Source: a virus. From it: a DNA stretch of 64,000 nt. This document shows positions 57,616 to 64,000 of the stretch, in pieces; within the stretch, counting starts at the first letter, position 1, and the number at the start of each line of letters is the position of its first letter. The stretch lies in IMG/VR virus record IMGVR_UViG_3300030329_001359, positions 32,001 to 96,000 of that record; one strand, written 5' to 3'. The position numbers were made by a program, and so were the translations under genes. Under the pieces are notes generated by a model that saw nothing but the letters and a program-made list of their open reading frames with translations, had not been told where the DNA came from and made no database searches.

Positions 57616-60334
57616 ATGCTACCTGATTAGCCTGCCTATTTTTTATGCTATCAAGTAAAGATAACATTTGTTTGTTGCGACCCCTACTTGTCCTAGGTGA
57701 TTTAGATATACCTTCGAGAGCAAGCATTATATTCTCACCTTCTGTTCTTATGTCTTTTGATGCTTTCTTTTTCTTCTTAGCATATGAAGGAATTGGTATT
57801 GATTTACCAACTACAGGTAGTTTACGAGCTTGTTTAATCCAAGCAAGTTTACGTTCTTTTAATTCTCTTGATGGATATATGCCTGTCTGTAATGAAACAA
57901 GGTCACCAAATCCAGCACCATTATACATTCTAGGCCCAACAATAAATAATTGTCTTGCTATTTCTGAATTAATAGTTCGAGCTACATCAAATACTTTTTC
58001 ACTCTTTCTAGTACCCGAGTAATCATGGTAACCAGCTAAGTAACCTAATAACCCAGGGTCACCACGTTCAAAGTTTAAAAATAAATCATAGAAACCAAAT
58101 ACATTACCAAGTGTAACCATGTCAGCAACAAAAGGACCACCTAATGTACCTATGACTGGACCTTTACCAAAAAATGCTTGTCTCTGTCTCTCTTTATCGC
58201 CAGAAGCCATGTCTAAGAACTGTTTAGCTCTTTCATATGTATCATTCTGTATGAGATTACCGAACTTACTATTTGTAGCTGTACTTAATACACCGTCAAT
58301 AAATAACTGCATCATGCCCAATCTATACAATCTCCAGGCCCTTTCAGATTTCCAATCACCTGCTAATATATCTTCAGCTCCACGTTTAGCTATCTTTCTT
58401 TGGTAATTAAAAAAGTTAATACTATATGTAGCAAACTGACCAAGAACAGCACCTTTAGCCGTCCTCAATGCTTTAGGCTTAGCAAATGGAGAATACTCAT
58501 AGTGTATCTCTTTTACCATTTCAGCTGCAAACCTACCAGCTTCATTATTTATATGTGTTTCTACTTGCTTAGATATTGTATCACCATACTCTGTCTTAGT
58601 AAAAAATTCTGGATGTTGGTCTATAAACCTTTCAATATTCTCTCTCTCTGAGCTTAATTGTTTATGTCTTTTTGCAAATGCCACTCTAAATGTTAGATTA
58701 CGATTGATTTTATTTTCAACCCATGACATAGGTTTACCAGCTTTCTGAGCAACTGTTTCCAAACCAGATAAAAACTTTTCGCCTGTAGTGTCTGTTTTCC
58801 ATGTCATTACTTCTTGACCATTAACTCTACTTACTTGAGTATCTGGAAATAATCCTGTAACACCAGCTAATTCTCTAGCTTCTTCAAAGAACACACCATG
58901 TCTTTCCATCTCATTCTTTAATACCGTATCCATTTCTCTTGTTTTTAAATACTGCTCAGCCTCATACCATCCTTTACCACCAAAGTAAACAAAGTTTTGC
59001 AATGACTGGGTTGCATTTCTAAATGCTGAACGTATATTGAGACCTAGTTTAGATATAAATTCCCATGATGTTATTCCTCTAGCTAGAGACCTATATAAAG
59101 GACTCTGTATGTTATATCCTAGCATGGTTGCATGAGTATCAGTTAAATAATCTATATAAACTTTTGCAGCATCAGCTGTCTGCTCATTGCTCATATCTCT
59201 AAGCTTTCTAACTCCATCTATTAATGTAGCCGATGTATTTACAGTATAATTAAATCTAGTTACATCACGAATATAATTATCAAGAACACCAATAACATTT
59301 TTATTTCTACGGTCAGTAGGTAGAGCTGTTTTCTCTTTAAGATGACCACTAATAGGTACTCTATCAAGTACATTCTTTACCATAGAACTCACATATGTAT
59401 TTAGTTGTTCCATGTTAACAGAACCAGAATCTTTAGTTTCATACACACTATCAGTAATAGCTTTCATTGTAGGGAATATATTAAGCAATGAAGTAGGGAA
59501 ATAATTTTCAGAAGGCTTTAGATTATCATTCAATTCTTTCAGCTTATCTATAACATTTTTATATTCAGCAGCATTGTTCTGACTCTCAAGTACTCTTACA
59601 TATTTAGACAATCCATTTCTTAGACTATTAAATAACTGTGGTCTTATTACTTGCCACTCATCAACAACAGGCTTAAATATCTTATATTTATCTTGTAAGA
59701 TAAGTTTAGGATTTCTTAATACTTCATCAGCCATCTCAAATACTTTGAATTGCTGTTCTTTAGCAAGGTTAGCTAAGTTTTCTTGGTAGTATTCTTCAGC
59801 TGCAACTTCTTTAGCTGGGCTGGTAGCAGATTCTTCTAGTAATTTAGTGTATTCATTATATCTACGCTGTAATTCTCTCCTAGCTTTTGACATATTAGGA
59901 GCTTTTATTCTTTCAGCGATAGCCATTTCTTTAGAGATATTACTTAAAGAGTCTGCAATCTTTATCATACTTGCATTGTATTTATCTTTCTCACCTCTAA
60001 AGTAATTATGATTAATAACAAATTGGTCAAATGTTTTCTTACCTACTGGATTTGTTTTAAGAAATTCTTCAGGTAAATAAAACAACTCAGCAAGCTTACC
60101 AGGTGTTCTCTGTTTTATCTTTGCTTGAAATTTATCTATCCTTTTACTAAGCCTATCTAAACTCTTTTCACTAGGAGCATCTCCATAATCAAAATCTTTA
60201 CCAGTAACAGCTCGATACATCTTCTTATATTCACCGCCACTATTAGATGTTAATCTTACTGTTAAAGGGTCGTCAAACCATTTATCTATTGTTTTATCTA
60301 TTTTTTCTTGTAATTCTTTTGGTGTGCAAGCCAT
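57614..60334 (-). CDS. Large helical internal virion/ejection protein (partner B, 906 aa)
   Basis: True start MACTPK by TAATG overlap; NYFP, KLGLNIRSAFRNATQ, VENKINR, IHYEYS..LGQFATY, as in large polyvalent/ejection proteins. Confidence 0.7.
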   Translation of the reverse strand: MACTPKELQEKIDKTIDKWFDDPLTVRLTSNSGGEYKKMYRAVTGKDFDYGDAPSEKSLDRLSKRIDKFQAKIKQRTPGKLAELFYLPEEFLKTNPVGKKTFDQFVINHNYFRGEKDKYNASMIKIADSLSNISKEMAIAERIKAPNMSKARRELQRRYNEYTKLLEESATSPAKEVAAEEYYQENLANLAKEQQFKVFEMADEVLRNPKLILQDKYKIFKPVVDEWQVIRPQLFNSLRNGLSKYVRVLESQNNAAEYKNVIDKLKELNDNLKPSENYFPTSLLNIFPTMKAITDSVYETKDSGSVNMEQLNTYVSSMVKNVLDRVPISGHLKEKTALPTDRRNKNVIGVLDNYIRDVTRFNYTVNTSATLIDGVRKLRDMSNEQTADAAKVYIDYLTDTHATMLGYNIQSPLYRSLARGITSWEFISKLGLNIRSAFRNATQSLQNFVYFGGKGWYEAEQYLKTREMDTVLKNEMERHGVFFEEARELAGVTGLFPDTQVSRVNGQEVMTWKTDTTGEKFLSGLETVAQKAGKPMSWVENKINRNLTFRVAFAKRHKQLSSERENIERFIDQHPEFFTKTEYGDTISKQVETHINNEAGRFAAEMVKEIHYEYSPFAKPKALRTAKGAVLGQFATYSINFFNYQRKIAKRGAEDILAGDWKSERAWRLYRLGMMQLFIDGVLSTATNSKFGNLIQNDTYERAKQFLDMASGDKERQRQAFFGKGPVIGTLGGPFVADMVTLGNVFGFYDLFLNFERGDPGLLGYLAGYHDYSGTRKSEKVFDVARTINSEIARQLFIVGPRMYNGAGFGDLVSLQTGIYPSRELKERKLAWIKQARKLPVVGKSIPIPSYAKKKKKASKDIRTEGENIMLALEGISKSPRTSRGRNKQMLSLLDSIKNRQANQVA

Positions 60335-63300
60335 TAGCAAATCCCATTTTCGTTACCATGCCTAGATGATGTTCTTTTCATAGCCTTTCTATTTGATTGT
60401 AAGGATTCAGGGCCTCCGTATATATCACCAGCAATAGACTCTTTCCTTCCTGTAAACAAATTCCTACCATCATGTGGTTGACCATAAAACAACTTTACTT
60501 GATTCATCTTATGTCTAAAATACGAATTTATACCATGTACTGGTACAATTTTACCACTCATTGTAAGAGCATTTCTAGGTATTCTTCTCATTTCAACAAG
60601 AGATGATAGATTAGCTATAAGGTCAAGACCTCCGCCTGGAAGTTTATATGATATATAATCAAGAGATAAATCTCCTGTTAGACCTAATACATTAAGAACA
60701 TTTTCATTTACTTTCTCAAATTGTTTCCATTCTCTTAAATCAGCAGGTAAAGATTCATTTATAGATAGTCTTTGAGCAATCGTGTCTACTTTTTTAACTA
60801 AATCAGATTCATATTCTATTAAAGGAGAACCACCTTCTGAATCTTTAAATGATAAAGCATTATAATTTTTAAGGTCTATTTGCTCAAAATTATACTTAGG
60901 GTCTATCTCACCTCTAAGCCATGCTAATTGATTGCTTATAGGTTTAGCAATCTCTATCATTAAATGGTCAGATAAAGTTGTATTTAATCTTTCAAAGAAC
61001 CTAAGTCCCAATGTAATAAATTTAGTTTGACTATTAACTTTATTAAAACCAGGCATCATTGTACCATTATGATATGTAACAGTATTAGTAGAAATTTTAG
61101 GTGTCATGAGTGAAAGTACAAATTGCTTACCAAGACCAGGGTGACTTCCTTCCCAGTCATAATATAATTTTTCTAACTTTATTATTGCTTCATTCATTAC
61201 AGAATTAGCATCCATGTCATCTGTTAATCTATTATTAAATAACTCCCACCATTTCTTACCATATTCACCTTTGAATTGTCTAATATCTTGTTCCCATTTC
61301 ATAGCTGTAGATTTTTCTACAGTTGCAGGATTAAGACCTACACCAGTAAGCCTTGAAAGGACATTGTATGTAGCAAGTATTTGAGCATAATCATCTGAGT
61401 TAACACCTCTTATCTTTAATCCAAGTTGTTTATTTCTTGTATCCCATATACTGCTAGTTATTTGTGGTTTTATTTTTTCTATAGCTTTAAATCTTTCACT
61501 TCTACTTCTTATTTTTGAGAAATCATGAGTTTTACCATATTTATCTGTCCATGTTCCTCCTGACGCTAATGTACGATAAATCTGTCTTAGTATTCTAGTT
61601 CTTACAGCCTTTTGAACACTTTTACTAGCCATTACCTCTTTAGTTAGGTCTGATTTTAAATCTCTAAGCCTAGCATGGCTCTCTCCAAAACTACTAGCCA
61701 TCTCATGGTTACCGTTCCTTTCCATCCTTCTTTGAGACCTTCGATATCTACGCATTCTATAGTCTATGCTGTTTATAGCATTTAACTTATCAAAATCAGA
61801 ACTGAATCCTTCAACTATCTTTCTTACGGCTCCGTCAACATCTCTAGTATCTCCTAGTAAAAAGTCATATATAAATCCATCTGTTTTATATTGAACATCA
61901 GGGTTGACCTTCTTCATTGACATTCTATCCATGCCTGCAAGGTTAGCAATCATTCTATCAGCTGCTATCATTCCAGTATTTTGACCAGCAGCATCTACAC
62001 CAGAAACTGCATCATCAAACCTAGTGTCTCTTAATCTAAATGGGTCTACAAAACGACCTTGTTCTTTAAAAATAGAATCAATATCATCACCACTCCATTT
62101 ATTTTTAGAAAGACCTCTTCCATTTCTCAATCCCCAATAAACATATCTATTTAAATTGCTCATTATATAAGAATATCTTTGAGTATAATCTATGAGAGTA
62201 TCGTAATCAACTTTCTTTTGTTCACCACTTTCAAATACACTTGTACGAAGACCTAAGAATCTTTTATAGGGCGTCAAAGCTAAACCAACCATATCTTGTT
62301 CAAGCTTATCAAGCCTAACTCCATTATCTACCCAAGATTTAGTTTTTTGGTCATACGTTTGCTTAGAGAATATACCAGGGTATGTTTCACCATCTCCAAA
62401 TAATAACTTACTCTCCCACTGCTTGTCGAATGTACTTTTATCATAACCTCTTCCACCAGCATCAACAATTCTTTGTATATCTGTAGCTAATAAATATTCT
62501 ACTTCTTTTATTTTATCAGCATCTCCTAATACTATTCTTCCTCTATCTAGTTTTATATTAAATCCTTCAACATCAGTATAATTTGCTCCACGATATGACT
62601 TTAAAAATTGTATTGTATTTTTGGCTTTAACAACAATACCTCTATACAAAGAACTATTTGCTTCGCTAAAATTATAATTCATTAAAGCTTTTCCATTAAA
62701 TGGATTTAAACCATGTATTGATGTTCTTTGTTGTGTGCCTTTTACAGAAGGAACTTCACCAGACTTACTATCCCAAAATCTTAATATATCAGAAGGTGTA
62801 TCCCACCAGTAATTTATCTTGTCTATATCAAAATCCATCTCAAGTCTAAACCATCCATCAGCATGATTTATTCTAGCTGCATTACCAGTTAAATCACCAA
62901 ATCCTTTTAACCCAACAATAACTTTATCAGATGAACGAGTTGTAGGTGTTCTATGAGCAACCAGTGCTATTTCATATCTTTTCCCTTCTATGCCATCGTT
63001 AAAAGCTTCAACAGACCTATAAAGGTCATTGAGTGTAACAGCTTGTTTACCATCTAATAAAGATTGAATTTCTTTTGATAATTCATTAGCTCTGACTATC
63101 TTATCTTTTGCTGTATAATTATGCTCAATAAATCTTATTCTTTCTGGAGCAACTAACTTACCTTTATTTGTAGCATCTATTTCTATCTGTCCATATGTCC
63201 ATACATCTCTTGATACAATATCAGCAGGATTACCTGACCTTTCTCCATTAAGCCATTCAGTTTTAAATAATGTATTTCTTAAATGACCTTTTGTTCCAAA

Positions 63301-64000
63301 ATCTGTAAAATCAGGAACCACAACACTTTGACTGCCGTATTCATTACGAGGTGTTAAGAGATTTCTTTTGTCAATTAATTGACTTTTGATTTGATTCCTT
63401 ACAGTTCTTTTGAATGGTATATATGTTGGGTCACCTCCATGACTTATCCATCTTTCAAACATCGCCATTTGGTCAGTATCGACATCTAATTCATCAAAGT
63501 TTATTTTAAGCTTTGTTGCTATTTCTGATGTTTTACCATCTCCAAATATTGTATTAGCCTCTGTTATAAAATCTCTTACTCCTCTGACTAATTGCCATTC
63601 GTAAAAAGAATTATTTAATTTAGGTGTATTAAAATCATTAGCTACTTGCAAAGGTAGAGTTGATGATTTCTGAGGCTTTACAGCACTTGCTATTGAGAAA
63701 GTATTTATAGGTAGTGTAATACGATTATTAGATAAATCACTTTCTGTTCGTATTAAGTCAGACATAGAATTAAAATCGCTCATGTATATTACTTTTTCAG
63801 AAGCACCGTCAGGAGATTTTTCTCCTGTTATGTCAGTACCAGACATCTTATTAGCAGAATCCATTATAACCATGTCAATCTTATGTCTTTCTAAGTATTT
63901 ATCCCATGTTCTATCTGTTATCCAAGCTGTTTTATCTAAGAATACAGCATTGCCATTTGATGATGATGCTCCAACAGCTTTAAGATGTTCTACTCCGCTA
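60334..64000 (-). CDS. Two-barrel RNA polymerase, crAss/phi14:2 gp66-like (RNAP-2), N-terminally truncated by the right edge
   Basis: Frame stays open to 64000: HLKAV..FLDKTAW..HKIDMVIMDSANK (beta-like barrel). VAHRTPT..GDLTGN..EMDFDIDK (DFDID at 62821-62835). Confidence 0.85.
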   Translation of the reverse strand, partial: SGVEHLKAVGASSSNGNAVFLDKTAWITDRTWDKYLERHKIDMVIMDSANKMSGTDITGEKSPDGASEKVIYMSDFNSMSDLIRTESDLSNNRITLPINTFSIASAVKPQKSSTLPLQVANDFNTPKLNNSFYEWQLVRGVRDFITEANTIFGDGKTSEIATKLKINFDELDVDTDQMAMFERWISHGGDPTYIPFKRTVRNQIKSQLIDKRNLLTPRNEYGSQSVVVPDFTDFGTKGHLRNTLFKTEWLNGERSGNPADIVSRDVWTYGQIEIDATNKGKLVAPERIRFIEHNYTAKDKIVRANELSKEIQSLLDGKQAVTLNDLYRSVEAFNDGIEGKRYEIALVAHRTPTTRSSDKVIVGLKGFGDLTGNAARINHADGWFRLEMDFDIDKINYWWDTPSDILRFWDSKSGEVPSVKGTQQRTSIHGLNPFNGKALMNYNFSEANSSLYRGIVVKAKNTIQFLKSYRGANYTDVEGFNIKLDRGRIVLGDADKIKEVEYLLATDIQRIVDAGGRGYDKSTFDKQWESKLLFGDGETYPGIFSKQTYDQKTKSWVDNGVRLDKLEQDMVGLALTPYKRFLGLRTSVFESGEQKKVDYDTLIDYTQRYSYIMSNLNRYVYWGLRNGRGLSKNKWSGDDIDSIFKEQGRFVDPFRLRDTRFDDAVSGVDAAGQNTGMIAADRMIANLAGMDRMSMKKVNPDVQYKTDGFIYDFLLGDTRDVDGAVRKIVEGFSSDFDKLNAINSIDYRMRRYRRSQRRMERNGNHEMASSFGESHARLRDLKSDLTKEVMASKSVQKAVRTRILRQIYRTLASGGTWTDKYGKTHDFSKIRSRSERFKAIEKIKPQITSSIWDTRNKQLGLKIRGVNSDDYAQILATYNVLSRLTGVGLNPATVEKSTAMKWEQDIRQFKGEYGKKWWELFNNRLTDDMDANSVMNEAIIKLEKLYYDWEGSHPGLGKQFVLSLMTPKISTNTVTYHNGTMMPGFNKVNSQTKFITLGLRFFERLNTTLSDHLMIEIAKPISNQLAWLRGEIDPKYNFEQIDLKNYNALSFKDSEGGSPLIEYESDLVKKVDTIAQRLSINESLPADLREWKQFEKVNENVLNVLGLTGDLSLDYISYKLPGGGLDLIANLSSLVEMRRIPRNALTMSGKIVPVHGINSYFRHKMNQVKLFYGQPHDGRNLFTGRKESIAGDIYGGPESLQSNRKAMKRTSSRHGNENGIC

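Noticed and set aside
63990-64000. Direct circular join of base 64000 to base 1, making one ORF from partner A and RNAP-2
   Set aside because: The frames leave only two bases for the junction codon and both domains are incomplete, so sequence is missing between the ends.

Overview
This window is most of the genome of an AT-rich tailed dsDNA phage with a podovirus-type layout. It appears circularly permuted, since both edges cut into the same block of giant minus-strand genes. The minus strand carries packaging and head genes (terminase, portal, scaffold, SU10/DUF5309-type capsid), tail genes (adaptors, 1542-aa fibre, nozzle), lysis-type genes and very large internal virion (ejected) proteins. 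The plus strand (43.4-57.6 kb) carries early and replication genes: Cas4-like nuclease, Rad52/Sak annealase, SSB-like proteins, DUF932, adenine methyltransferase, Zn-ribbon phosphoesterase, DnaB and a RuvC-like resolvase. No integrase, DNA polymerase, primase, tRNA or CRISPR array was recognised. The main observation is that the cargo block encodes two highly diverged single-chain two-barrel RNA polymerases of the crAss/phi14:2 gp66 type, one with a DWDGD and one with a DFDID catalytic loop. Each is coupled by a TAATG overlap to a paralogous helical partner protein, with a Cys at the polymerase C-terminus and a Cys at the partner N-terminus. Several structured intergenic elements were also seen. 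All calls come from motif recognition by eye; no database searches were run.
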